This document shows, one piece after another, positions 20,180 to 29,801 of a stretch of DNA of 64,000 bases (the first letter of the stretch is position 1; each line of letters starts with the position of its first letter). Where the stretch lies: positions 736,001 to 800,000 of the forward strand of contig CAVSAC010000010.1 of NCBI GenBank assembly GCA_963725865.1, written 5' to 3'. The stretch is from Candidatus Eiseniibacteriota bacterium. Its GTDB lineage: Bacteria; Eisenbacteria; RBG-16-71-46. Made by a program: the position numbers and the translations under genes. The notes under the pieces were generated by a model. It was not told the origin of the DNA and ran no database searches. It worked only from the letters and a program-made list of their open reading frames with translations.

Positions 20180-22645
20180 TCAGCGGACGTGCACGATGCG
20201 CCGCGTGAACACCACCCCGCCTGCGCGCAGCCGGGCCAGGTACACGCCTGCAGGAAGGTGCGTGGCGGTGAACGCGACCTCGTGGACGCCCGGAGCTCGG
20301 ACCTGATCCGGCACGGGCGTGGCCACCACGCGACCCGCCAGGTCGAACACCTCGAGCCGCACCCGTCCCGGGGCCGCGAGCGAGAATGGGATCGTGGTGT
20401 CGTCGCCGAAGGGATTCGGCCGGTTCGGTAGCAGCGCCGCCGCGCGCGACGGGCCGTGAGCGATCGGGGCGGCGGCGGTGGCGGCCGTGAACGCGACGAT
20501 CCCGCAGTGCGGCTGTCCGCCCGCAACGGTGAAATTGCCGCCCGCGTAGACGACGCCGTCCTTCACGACGAACGTGCGCACGTGGTTGTTGGCGCCGGGA
20601 TTCCACTCGTCGGAGTCCCCGGTGACCGCGTCGAGCGACGCGAGACGGTCCCGGTTCTGGCCGCCGATGCGAGTGAATCCGCCTCCCACGTAGACCGATC
20701 CCCCCTCGACGTGGATGCCATCGGCGTCGGCGGGGTCGTAGATGGAGTCGTTGCGCGGGTCGGGATCCCAGGCCCTGACGAGTCCCTGTTCGGAGTCGAC
20801 GGCGGCCAGACCGTTGCGTGGCTCCCCGCCGATGCTCGTGAAGTGCCCGCCGAGGTAGACGCCGCGATCGGTGACGTCGAGCGCCGCGAGCGGTCCGTCG
20901 GCGACGGGATCCCATGCGCTGAGGGAGCCATCCGAGAGGTTCCAGGCCGCGCCGAATCCGCGAACCTCGCCGCCGGCGGAACGGAAGTTCCCTCCCGCGT
21001 AGAGCCGACTCGAGAACCGCTTCAGGCAGTACACCCCGGCGGAGAGCTGGGGATCCCACGCGTCAGCCTGACCCGTGACGGTGTCCACGCGGGCGAGGTA
21101 CGCGGGCGCACCGCCGCCGATCGACCCGAAGTAGCCGCCGAGGTAGACGCGGTCCCCGTGGAGCGCCAGGTCGTAGACCGTCCCGTCGGTGCCGGGGTCC
21201 CAGCCGGTGAGCCGCCCACTGACCGCATCCAGCGCGGCGGCGTGCGCGCGCGTGACGCCCGAGACGTGGCGAAAGAACCCTCCGACGTAGACCACGCCGT
21301 GATCGATCGCGAGCGTGGCCACCAGATCGTCCGCCCTCGGATCCCAGCCGGTCGCGGCACCCGTCGTCAGGTCGAACGACGCGAGGCAGCTGCGCGACTC
21401 CGAGCCGACGCTCGTGAAGCCGCCGCCGGCGTAGATCGTGCTCCCGCCGACGGCGAGCGCGTTCGCCGCGAGATTCGGGCGCGGATCCCAGTCCGACGCC
21501 GCTGCCGTGAGCGAGTCCAGCGCCGCGAGGAATCGTCTCGATTGGCCGCCGATCTGGTGGAACGCGCCGGCGACGTAGACCGTCGATCCCTGCGCCTCGA
21601 TCGCGTACACGAGATCGTCGGCACCCGGATCCCACGCGCTTGCCGTCCCCGTCGTCGCATCCAGCGCGGCGATGAATCGATGCTCCCGACCCGCCAGCTC
21701 GAGGAACCGGCCCGCCACGTAGACCCGGGAATCCACCACACGCAGGCTGAAGATCGACGGAGTGTCGCCGTAGGGCGCCACGTCGGGCCGGGGATCCCAG
21801 GCGAGTGCCACCGCGTGCTCGGCGTCCAGCGCCGCGAGATTGCTCCGGGCCTGGCCAGCGATGTGGAGGAACTCCCCACCCACGTAGATCGCCGAGTCCC
21901 CGACCGCGAGCGCGCTCACGGGTCCGTCGGGGTTCGGGTTCCACTCCGTGGCCTCCGCGGTCACCCGGTCGAGCGCGGCGAGGTGGCGTCGCGCCTGGCC
22001 GCCGAGACTCAGGAATCTCCCTCCCACGAGCAGGGTCGAGCCCCGCAGGGCGAGCGCCTGCACGCCGGGCCCCCAGGGGTCGCCGGATGCGGCATGCGCG
22101 TCCCAGCTCCCGAGCTCCGCGCTGGTGGCGTCCAGCGCCGCGAGCGCGGCCCGCGGCTGCCCGGCGACGCGGGTGAAGAGCCCGCCCGCGAACACCGTCG
22201 CGCCGTCGCGAACGAGCGCGAAGACCGGCAGGTCGGCGTCGGCCTGCCACGCCGACACCGAGCGATCCGCGAGGATGTGGGCGAGATTCTGCCGCGCGAG
22301 ACCGCCCACGGCGGTGAACGCTCCGCCGATGAACCAGCCTCCGGACCCGTCGGTCGCGATGGCGTACACGTACCCGGTGACCTTCGGGAATCCGCCTTCG
22401 GGCTTCCCAGTCGAGGCGTCGATCGGCACCCCGCCACCCGTGGCCGGACCGACCTCCGTGAAGCCGCCTCCGACGTAGAGCGTGTCACCCGAGATTGCGG
22501 CGGCATAGACGCCGCCGTTCGTGGTCCACAGATCCTCGCGGATCGTGGGGGATCCGGCGGCGGCCGGGCGTGCGGGACCGAGGAGCGCGAGCGCCACGGC
22601 CAGGAACGGGCACCACGGGAACGAGTCGCGCAGCGAGCCAGGCAT
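20180..22645 (-). CDS. Secreted 14-repeat beta-propeller-like protein with FlgD-Ig/T9SS-like CTD (paralog of 2328..4769)
   Basis: Same architecture with more diverged repeats; shared N-terminal LW..N..V / TGGG / FP.V.G / DG.GGWF.GG segment; CTD PNRPNPF...GVYLARL. Confidence 0.85.
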   Translation of the reverse strand: MPGSLRDSFPWCPFLAVALALLGPARPAAAGSPTIREDLWTTNGGVYAAAISGDTLYVGGGFTEVGPATGGGVPIDASTGKPEGGFPKVTGYVYAIATDGSGGWFIGGAFTAVGGLARQNLAHILADRSVSAWQADADLPVFALVRDGATVFAGGLFTRVAGQPRAALAALDATSAELGSWDAHAASGDPWGPGVQALALRGSTLLVGGRFLSLGGQARRHLAALDRVTAEATEWNPNPDGPVSALAVGDSAIYVGGEFLHIAGQARSNLAALDAEHAVALAWDPRPDVAPYGDTPSIFSLRVVDSRVYVAGRFLELAGREHRFIAALDATTGTASAWDPGADDLVYAIEAQGSTVYVAGAFHQIGGQSRRFLAALDSLTAAASDWDPRPNLAANALAVGGSTIYAGGGFTSVGSESRSCLASFDLTTGAATGWDPRADDLVATLAIDHGVVYVGGFFRHVSGVTRAHAAALDAVSGRLTGWDPGTDGTVYDLALHGDRVYLGGYFGSIGGGAPAYLARVDTVTGQADAWDPQLSAGVYCLKRFSSRLYAGGNFRSAGGEVRGFGAAWNLSDGSLSAWDPVADGPLAALDVTDRGVYLGGHFTSIGGEPRNGLAAVDSEQGLVRAWDPDPRNDSIYDPADADGIHVEGGSVYVGGGFTRIGGQNRDRLASLDAVTGDSDEWNPGANNHVRTFVVKDGVVYAGGNFTVAGGQPHCGIVAFTAATAAAPIAHGPSRAAALLPNRPNPFGDDTTIPFSLAAPGRVRLEVFDLAGRVVATPVPDQVRAPGVHEVAFTATHLPAGVYLARLRAGGVVFTRRIVHVR

Positions 22646-22810
22646 CGCTCAGCCCTCCGAACTCACCGTCACGGCGTCAGCGCTCCGCACAGGTCATCGG
22701 GCCGGCGCGCGTAGCGGCGGCTTCCTCGAGGGATCCCTGCCCGGGAGTGTAGGCCCGTCCGGTGCACGAGGCCAGCCTCCTCGCCAGCATCCCGCGGCTG
22801 GCGAGTGGTA

Positions 22811-23090
22811 TCAGCGCAGCCAGACGAACCGGCGCGCGACCGTGCCTGCCGGCGAGCCGCGGCGCGCGAAGTAGACCCCCGCGCCGACCGGACGGCCGGC
22901 CGCGTCGGTGCCGTGCTCACCCACGCCGAAGGCACCTCGCGCCAACGTGCGCACCCGGCGCCCGTCCGCGTCGAAGCGCTCCAGAGCGATCGTGCCGGCG
23001 CGCGACTGCGAACAGACCAACTCGACCGCGCCGCGCGCCGGGGTGGGCGCGACCGGCCTGAGCGGCGAAGCCCTTTCGTCGCGCCGCGCC
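22811..23090 (-). pseudogene. Orphan degenerate FlgD-Ig/T9SS-like CTD fragment
   Basis: VAPTPARG..FDADGRRVRTL..DAAGRPVGAGVYFARR..RRFVWLR; lacks the WDG motif, own start and signal peptide; followed by a 9-bp hairpin at 22780-22805. Confidence 0.5.
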
Positions 23091-23093
23091 CGG

Positions 23094-24818
23094 CTACCTC
23101 CCTCCCGCCGCGCTCGCGCCCAGCGTCTTCTTGCGCGCGGCCTCGAACTCGTCGCCCGGGTACCACGCCGGCAGCTTCGAGCCGTTGGCGACCTCCAGCC
23201 CGACGAGATAGGCGAGCCGGGAGTCCTCGACCATCCCGCTGAAGTCCCAGTCCGGGCGCAGCTCGTCACTCGGCTGGTGGTAATGGTGCCGGCGGTAGTC
23301 CGCCTCGCGTTCCTTGCCCCAGCCGTCGGGGCGGCCGATGAAGGTCTGGCCGGACTTGAAGTAGAGCCCGGGCACCCCCACCCGCGCGAAGCTCAGTTGG
23401 TCGGAGCGGTAGTAGTAGCCCTTGTCGGGCTCCGGCTCGTCCACCACCACGCGCTGCTGGTTGCGCGCGGCGACCACCAGGCGGTCCTCGAGGTCGGACT
23501 TGCCCTTGCCGATCACGGCGACGTCCGAGGTGCGGCCGAAGATGTTCCCGCCGTCGATGTTCAGGTCCGCCGCGATGCGCGCAAGCGGGATCGTGGGATG
23601 CGCGGCGTAGTATTGCGAGCCGAGCAGCCCTTGCTCCTCGCCGGCGACGAACAGCGCGACGATGCTGCGCTGCGGGCGCGGCGTGGTCGCCGCGAACGCC
23701 TCGGCGATCGCCAGCACCTGCGCGCAGCCCGAGGCGTTGTCGAGCGCGCCGTTGTGGATGCGATCCCCTGTCGAATCGGGCGCGCCGACGCCGAGGTGAT
23801 CGTGGTGCGCGGAGAAGATCATCGCCTGATCGCGCAGCAGCGGATCGCTGCCGGGCAGCACGCCGACCACGTTCGCGGTCGGCGTCTTCTCCACCGCGAC
23901 GTCGAACGCCAGCGACGTCCGCACGCCCAGCGACATCGGGCGAAACGTCGGCCGCCGCGCGGCCATCCGCAACACGTCGAGATCCTTGCCGCCCAGCCGG
24001 CACATGCGGCGGGCCGCGTCCTCGGTCATCCACGCGCGGAACTTCAGCCGCGGCTCGCCGCCGGCGGGCAGCTCGAACTGCGTGCCGGACCAGGAGCGCT
24101 GCACCACGCTCCACGGATAACCCGCGGACTCCTCGGTGTGCACGACGATGGCGGCCACCGCGCCGTGCCGCGCGGCGGATTCGTACTTGTAGTCCCAGCG
24201 GCCGTAGTAGAGGCGCTTCACGCCCGCGAACAGTTTCGGATCCCAGTCGGGGTCGTTGTTCAGCATGAGCACGACCTTGCCGGTCACGTCCACGCCCTTG
24301 AAGTCGTCCCACTGGTACTCGGGCGCCTGGATGCCGTAGCCCACGAACACCACTTCGGCGTCGCCGAACGCGACCCGGGGTTCCTGCACGCCGCTGCCGC
24401 CGATGAAGTCGTCGCTCCAGCGGAACGCCGTGGTGCCGCCGTAGCCCGCGAAGCTCCACGCGTCGAGGTGCTGCACCGTCAGCCCGACGAACTCGATCGG
24501 CTGCTCGTAGCTCCCGTTCGCGCCGCCGGGCTGGTAGCCGAGCGCCTGCAGCCGGCGGATCAGGTAGCCGCGCGCCATGCGGTCCCCCGGAGAGCCGGGG
24601 CTGCGGCCTTCGGTCGAGTCCGCCGAGAGCGCGGCGATGTCGCCGCGCAGGCCGTCGGCGGTGATGCGCGCCTCCGCCGCCGCGACGCTCGCCGCCGGTG
24701 CGGCGGTCGCCGCGGCGGCAGCGGGCCGCGAAAGGGCCGGGCCGACAGCGAGGGTGACGACGGCGACGGCGATGATGGAAGCGATGGGCAGCGGGGCCGG
24801 GCGCAGCGCGGATGGCAT
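23094..24818 (-). CDS. M28 family aminopeptidase with PA domain, exported
   Basis: AGGAGG RBS, signal peptide; AHHDHLG, GALDNASG, GEEQGLLGS, RSDQ, HYHQPSD. Confidence 0.92.
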   Translation of the reverse strand: MPSALRPAPLPIASIIAVAVVTLAVGPALSRPAAAAATAAPAASVAAAEARITADGLRGDIAALSADSTEGRSPGSPGDRMARGYLIRRLQALGYQPGGANGSYEQPIEFVGLTVQHLDAWSFAGYGGTTAFRWSDDFIGGSGVQEPRVAFGDAEVVFVGYGIQAPEYQWDDFKGVDVTGKVVLMLNNDPDWDPKLFAGVKRLYYGRWDYKYESAARHGAVAAIVVHTEESAGYPWSVVQRSWSGTQFELPAGGEPRLKFRAWMTEDAARRMCRLGGKDLDVLRMAARRPTFRPMSLGVRTSLAFDVAVEKTPTANVVGVLPGSDPLLRDQAMIFSAHHDHLGVGAPDSTGDRIHNGALDNASGCAQVLAIAEAFAATTPRPQRSIVALFVAGEEQGLLGSQYYAAHPTIPLARIAADLNIDGGNIFGRTSDVAVIGKGKSDLEDRLVVAARNQQRVVVDEPEPDKGYYYRSDQLSFARVGVPGLYFKSGQTFIGRPDGWGKEREADYRRHHYHQPSDELRPDWDFSGMVEDSRLAYLVGLEVANGSKLPAWYPGDEFEAARKKTLGASAAGGR

Positions 24819-24941
24819 GAGACCTCCTGAGGTCGCGAGCGGATGCCATCCACGCCGAGCCATCGTGCTCTGCGGGCCCGGGCGCTTTGCGGGCCCGGTG
24901 GGGCATCGCGGGGGACTCTACATCAGTCCCCCGCGCTCTCT

Positions 24942-25502
24942 CTACGGCCCGCCCGCCGCTCCGATCATGACGGCGAACGCCCCCTGGGTCACCGTGACGT
25001 TGTAAGTCCCGGTGCTCCCGAACACGTACAGCGCGAACACGCCGTCGTCGCCGAGCTCATCTTCGAGTGCGGACTTGCCACCGGAGGTGAACAACCCGGC
25101 CGAATTGTCCCAGCTGAGCGTCTTGGTCTCGTTGGCCGCGAGCGCGACCGACCAGACCCTGACCCCGCCCGCGCCGGTGACCGCGGCCAGGTTCGGCAGC
25201 AGGGCGGCACTCGCCGGCGCCGCGAGCAGGTACACGTCCGCGCTGACCGGGGTCGCGAGGTTGTTCTTGAACGTCCCGAGGACCGCCACGTCCTCGATGG
25301 TCTTGAAGTCGCTCCTGTGGTCGCGGTAGGTGCCGTTCTCCGCGGGCAGGTTGACGTACTTGCCGGCCGATGCGGCGCCGTTGACCGCCGACAGGTTGCC
25401 CAGGTTGACGGTGACCAGCTTGACGACCTGCAGGCAGCCGCCCGTCCACAGGGCGGCGGCCGCCAGGCTCGCCAGGATCGTGAACGTCCGATGGGGTCGC
25501 AT
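24942..25502 (-). CDS. Hypothetical beta-rich lipoprotein
   Basis: ATG 25502 with GAGGAG RBS; lipobox-like ...AALWTGG-C; follows OMP gene after an 11-nt gap. Confidence 0.75.
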   Translation of the reverse strand: MRPHRTFTILASLAAAALWTGGCLQVVKLVTVNLGNLSAVNGAASAGKYVNLPAENGTYRDHRSDFKTIEDVAVLGTFKNNLATPVSADVYLLAAPASAALLPNLAAVTGAGGVRVWSVALAANETKTLSWDNSAGLFTSGGKSALEDELGDDGVFALYVFGSTGTYNVTVTQGAFAVMIGAAGGP

Positions 25503-25513
25503 GGAGCTCCTCC

Positions 25514-26059
25514 TCACTTCGCCGCGAAGGTGGTGAGCGAATAGGACACGCCCGCGGTGACGTTCGCGAACAGGCGTCCCGAGCCGCCCTCGGTGAGCGA
25601 CTGGGCCGCGCCGCGCAGATGCACCATGAACTTGGGCGCCGGCGCGAATCCGAATCCGAGCCCCCCGCCGAAGCCGGTCATGGTCTGGTCCGCCGAACCG
25701 TCCCGTGTCAGCTTGTTCGTCCCGATCGTGGCGAAGGGATAGAACTGGAACCGCGAGCCCAGCGTGAGCAGCGCGCTCATGCCGAAGCTGCTGATGCCGA
25801 ATCCGCTCCGGGTATAATCGAGCCCGGCGATGGTCGTTTGGACGTCCCCGTCGCTGGTCGCGGCGAAGTAGGGCTCGAGAGTGACGAGGCGGTGGATCGC
25901 GACGGGCACCCGCACGCCGAACGTGGAACCCTGGCCGTTGTCGTCCTGGACGATGGGAATGTCGACGCCGCCGAACGCGCCGATGCCGACGGTTCCGGCG
26001 GTGGCCGGGCCGGCCGCGACTCCCAGTGCGAGCACAGCGGTGGTGAGCAGCCGCTTCAT
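25514..26059 (-). CDS. Small outer-membrane beta-barrel protein (OmpA/OMP_b-brl-like)
   Basis: Signal peptide; alternating strands (FGVRV, FYPFATIG, GFGGGLGFGF, NVTAGVSYSL). Confidence 0.8.
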   Translation of the reverse strand: MKRLLTTAVLALGVAAGPATAGTVGIGAFGGVDIPIVQDDNGQGSTFGVRVPVAIHRLVTLEPYFAATSDGDVQTTIAGLDYTRSGFGISSFGMSALLTLGSRFQFYPFATIGTNKLTRDGSADQTMTGFGGGLGFGFAPAPKFMVHLRGAAQSLTEGGSGRLFANVTAGVSYSLTTFAAK

Positions 26060-26127
26060 GACGCGATCCCTCCGGTGATGGAACGGCCTCCCCCGGGTAC
26101 GAGCTGAGAAGGGGGCCTGGATGACAC

Positions 26128-26160
26128 GTCCACAGAGGCAGGCTCGGCTGGGAAATCACA
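26128..26160 (-). promoter_or_regulatory. Putative ECF promoter TGTGAT-N15-GCCTC-TGTGGAC upstream of OMP-lipoprotein operon
   Basis: Same elements and same 15-nt spacing as the motif at 29178-29210. Confidence 0.6.
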
Positions 26161-26197
26161 CGGCATCGGTCGGCGGCAGGTCCGCCCGGGGCGCATC

Positions 26198-29182
26198 GTG
26201 AGGCGCTCGCGGCCTCCGGGGGTCGGCGGCGAGCGCGCGCGCGGTGCCGCGGGGCGCCCGCCCGTCCGCTCGCGCCACGCCGCCGCCCGTGCCGCCTGCA
26301 GCCGCGGTGCGATCGCGCTGCTGCTGCTGGCGACCTTCGCGGCGCTGAGCCGGACGCCCGCCCGTGCGCTCACGCCGCTCGACCCGCGCGCGGCGACGGT
26401 GTTGCGCGACGTGGACTCGCTGGTGAGAGCGTGGCGGCTGGACACCGCGCTGGTGCTGCTCGATCCGCAGCTCACCCGGGCCCGCGCGCGCGGCGATCGC
26501 GAGCTCGTGATGCAGGTGCAGCTGCGGCGCGCCGCCTGCCTGGGCCTCACCGACCGCGCCGCACAGTCGGAGGCGGCCGCGCGGCCGGCGATCGCGCTGG
26601 CGGAGGCGCTCGGCGACTCCGCCGTGCTGCGCGACGCGGTGCGGTGGCTGGCGTTCTCGTGGCTCACGCGCGGACAACTCGACGAATCGCTGCGCGAGTA
26701 CCGCCGCCTGCTCGCGCTCTCGGTGCCCGCGGGGGACGCGCGCAACGAGGGCTACGCGCGCACTGCGCTGGCGTATCGCGACCTCATGGAGGGCCGCCTG
26801 CTCGCCGCCCGCGAAGGCTACCGGCGCGCTGTCGCCTGCATGGAGCGCGCGCGGGATCCGCGCGCGATGCTGACGCCGCTCGTCGGTCGGGCGCGCACCG
26901 AGTGCGGGCTCGGGGAATACGAGCTCGGCCGCCGCACATACCAGTCCATCGTGGCCCTGGCGCGGCGGCTCGATGCCCGGCGTCACGAGGCCGACGCGCT
27001 CAACAATCTCGGCACCCTCGAATACGACGTCGGCGACCCGGCCGCGGCGGTGCGACTGTGGAATCGGGCCGTCGCGATATACCGCGACCTCGGCGCCGCC
27101 GAGCCGATGCAGAGCTCCGCCAGCAACGCGGCCCTCGGCGAGGCCGACCTGGGGCACTACGACGAGGCCGCGCGACAGCTGGAGGCGCTGCTGGCGTTCG
27201 CCGTCGAGCGCGACTTCAGGCGGGACCAGATCCAGGCGTTGCTCCACCTCGCCGGCGTCCGCGACGCGCAGGGGCGGCACGAGGAGAGCATCCGGCTATT
27301 GCGGCGGTGCCTCGCGATCATGGGCGACCGGGAGCCGGGGTATCGGGTCGAGGCGATGCTGGGGATCGCCGACGCGCTGGCGGGCGAGGGCCGTCCGTCG
27401 GAGGCGCTCGCGGTGCTGGAGCGCGAAGCGCACCCGCTGGTCCCGCGGCTGAGCGCGGACCTGCGCGTGCGGCTGGAGCTGCGCGTCGCGCACCTGCTGC
27501 GCGCGACCGGGCGGACGGCCCGCGCGTACGCGGCGTTCGAGCACGCCGCCGAGTCCGCGACGGCGCTCGGGCTGGGCCCGCTCGAGCTCGACGCGCTCAC
27601 CGGGGCCGGCCGCTGCGACGCGGAGTCCGGCCACCCCGATCGTGCGCGCGCCACGCTGGCACGGGCGCTGGTGCTGTGGGAGAGCCAGCGTCGCGTGCCG
27701 AGCGATCCGGAATGGCGCGAACATCGCGGCGAGCTGGCCGAGGAGTTGTGCTTCGCGTTCGCGCGCGCGCTGCTCGACCCGGCGCGCGGGGTACCGCGGG
27801 CGCAGGCGGTGGCCGACGCCTACGACGTGATGCAGCGCTTCAAGGCGCGCACGCTGCTCGAACGCATGACCGGACCGGCGGGCTCGCTGCCGCGCGCCCG
27901 CGAGCCGGTCACGCTGAGCGAGCTGCAGCGGCAGGTGCTCGGCGAAGGCGACCTGCTGCTCGACGCGTTCGTCGGCCGCCAGCAGGGCTGGCTGTTCGCG
28001 ATCACGCCCCGCGAGGTGCGGCTGACCTGGCTGCCGGGCGGCGACTCGCTCGCGGCGCAGATCCAGCTCTACCGCGAGCTGGTGGCGACCCCGCCCCCGG
28101 CGGTGCGCGACCCCGGGCTCGAGGCGGTGCGTCATCGCGCCGCCCGACGCCTCGGGCAGGAGCTGCTCGGCGGGGTGGCCGACCTGGTGACGCGCTGCCG
28201 CCGCGTGATCCTGGCGCCCGATGGACCGCTGAACGCGATTCCGCTCGGCGAGCTGCCGCTGGCCGCGGACGGCGACGACGCGCCCCTGCTCACGCGCCGC
28301 GCGGTGGTGCGCATCCCGTCAGCGACGCTGCTCGCCGAGCTGCGGCGCCGGCCGCCCGCCGTCGCCGAGCGCGGGCTGCTCGCGCTCGGCGGCGCGATCG
28401 ACGCGAGCGGCCGTCCGCTGCCCGGCACCGCGGACGAAGTGCGCGAGCTCCGGCGCGACTTCCGCGGCGTGGACGCTCGCATCGCGGGCGACCCCGCCGC
28501 GGTGCCGCTGCGCGCGGCCGAGCTGTCGCGCTACCAGGTGCTGCACGTGGCGGCACACACCTGGGTCGACGACCAGCGCCCATGGAACTCGGGCCTGCTG
28601 CTCGGGAGCCGCTGGGCCGCGCCGCTGATCGCCGCTGCGGGCGCGCCCGCGGGCGCCCCGGCGGCCGGATCGGCCGCTGGCGCCGACCGCGAGGCGGCGG
28701 GCGCGCCGTGGCTGCGGGCCGCCGCGATCGCTTCGATGCGGCTGCCGGCGCGGCTGGCGCTGCTGTCGGGGTGCGAATCGGGAGGCGGGCGCATCGCCTG
28801 GGGCGAGGGCGTGCAGGGGCTCGGCGCGGCGTTCCAGAGCGCGGGCGTGCCGGCGGTGGTGGTGACGCTGTGGCCGGTCGACGATCGCATCTCGGCCGCG
28901 CTGGTGCGGACCTTCTACTCGCGACTCGCCGACGGCGAGACCGCGGCCGACGCGCTGCGCCATGCTCAGCTCGATCTCGCCCGGCGGCCCGCGACGGCGC
29001 ATCCATTCTTCTGGGCCGGCTACGTCTTGATCGGCGACGGCGAGGTGCGGGTGCCGCTCCACCGCCGATTCCCGGTGCCGCTCGTCCTCGCGTTCGCGGC
29101 AGCCGCGCTGGGACTGATTGTCGTATGGTCGTGGTCGACTCGGTCCGTCCGGCGTGCCGCGCGCCCGGGACCGCCGGTGTGA
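26198..29182 (+). CDS. TPR-CHAT protease with N-terminal signal/TM and C-terminal TM anchor (module 2)
   Basis: TPR repeats (ALNNLG), PDGPL..IP, LHVAAH (His), LSGCES (Cys), LWPVDD, HPFFWAGY; C-terminal hydrophobic helix. Exact start uncertain. Confidence 0.9.
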   Translation: MRRSRPPGVGGERARGAAGRPPVRSRHAAARAACSRGAIALLLLATFAALSRTPARALTPLDPRAATVLRDVDSLVRAWRLDTALVLLDPQLTRARARGDRELVMQVQLRRAACLGLTDRAAQSEAAARPAIALAEALGDSAVLRDAVRWLAFSWLTRGQLDESLREYRRLLALSVPAGDARNEGYARTALAYRDLMEGRLLAAREGYRRAVACMERARDPRAMLTPLVGRARTECGLGEYELGRRTYQSIVALARRLDARRHEADALNNLGTLEYDVGDPAAAVRLWNRAVAIYRDLGAAEPMQSSASNAALGEADLGHYDEAARQLEALLAFAVERDFRRDQIQALLHLAGVRDAQGRHEESIRLLRRCLAIMGDREPGYRVEAMLGIADALAGEGRPSEALAVLEREAHPLVPRLSADLRVRLELRVAHLLRATGRTARAYAAFEHAAESATALGLGPLELDALTGAGRCDAESGHPDRARATLARALVLWESQRRVPSDPEWREHRGELAEELCFAFARALLDPARGVPRAQAVADAYDVMQRFKARTLLERMTGPAGSLPRAREPVTLSELQRQVLGEGDLLLDAFVGRQQGWLFAITPREVRLTWLPGGDSLAAQIQLYRELVATPPPAVRDPGLEAVRHRAARRLGQELLGGVADLVTRCRRVILAPDGPLNAIPLGELPLAADGDDAPLLTRRAVVRIPSATLLAELRRRPPAVAERGLLALGGAIDASGRPLPGTADEVRELRRDFRGVDARIAGDPAAVPLRAAELSRYQVLHVAAHTWVDDQRPWNSGLLLGSRWAAPLIAAAGAPAGAPAAGSAAGADREAAGAPWLRAAAIASMRLPARLALLSGCESGGGRIAWGEGVQGLGAAFQSAGVPAVVVTLWPVDDRISAALVRTFYSRLADGETAADALRHAQLDLARRPATAHPFFWAGYVLIGDGEVRVPLHRRFPVPLVLAFAAAALGLIVVWSWSTRSVRRAARPGPPV

Positions 29183-29210
29183 TTCCCGCCTGCTGGGAGC
29201 CTCCGTGCAC
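29178..29210 (+). promoter_or_regulatory. Putative autoregulatory ECF promoter TGTGAT-N15-GCCTC-CGTGCAC, leaderless onto the sigma ATG
   Basis: Lies immediately before ATG 29211 with no well-placed RBS; matches the motif at 26128-26160. Confidence 0.62.
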
Positions 29211-29801
29211 ATGGAATCGGACGACTCGACGATCCCCGACGAGCAGCTGGCCCGGCGGGCCCGGCAGGACCCGCACGGACCGGCCGGTCGGCGGGCCGCC
29301 TCGCAGCTGCTGGAGCGCTACGGGGGACGGGTGTACGGATGGTGCCGGCGCTACGTCCGCGACCACGAGCGGGCGCTGGATCTCTCGCAGGACGTGCTGA
29401 TGCTCGCGTACCGGGGGCTGGCGGGATTCGAGGGTCGCGCGCCGTTCTCGGCGTGGCTGTTCGTCATCGCGCGACGCCAGTGCATTCGCGCGCTGGCTCC
29501 GCGGGTGCTGATGCGCGACGAGGGCGCCGTGGTGGACCGCCTGCTGGATCCCGGCGCGGGCCCCGACGATCAGCTCGAGGAGTCGCAGCGGCGCGAGGGC
29601 CTGCTGCGGCTGATCCACGAGACGCTGACCCCGCGCGAGCAGGACGCGCTGTGGCTGCGTTACGTGGAGAACGCGTCGGTCGAGGACATCACGCGCACGC
29701 TCGAGGTGTCCTCGGTCTCGGGCGCGCGCGGACTACTCCAGACCGCGCGGCGCAAGCTGCGCGCCGCGGTGGCGGCCCGCGGCGAACGGGGTGCGACGTG
29801 A
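29211..29801 (+). CDS. ECF sigma factor (module 2)
   Basis: ALDLSQDV...FEGRAPFSAWLFVIARR (region 2); LTPREQ...ARRKLR (region 4). Confidence 0.9.
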   Translation: MESDDSTIPDEQLARRARQDPHGPAGRRAASQLLERYGGRVYGWCRRYVRDHERALDLSQDVLMLAYRGLAGFEGRAPFSAWLFVIARRQCIRALAPRVLMRDEGAVVDRLLDPGAGPDDQLEESQRREGLLRLIHETLTPREQDALWLRYVENASVEDITRTLEVSSVSGARGLLQTARRKLRAAVAARGERGAT

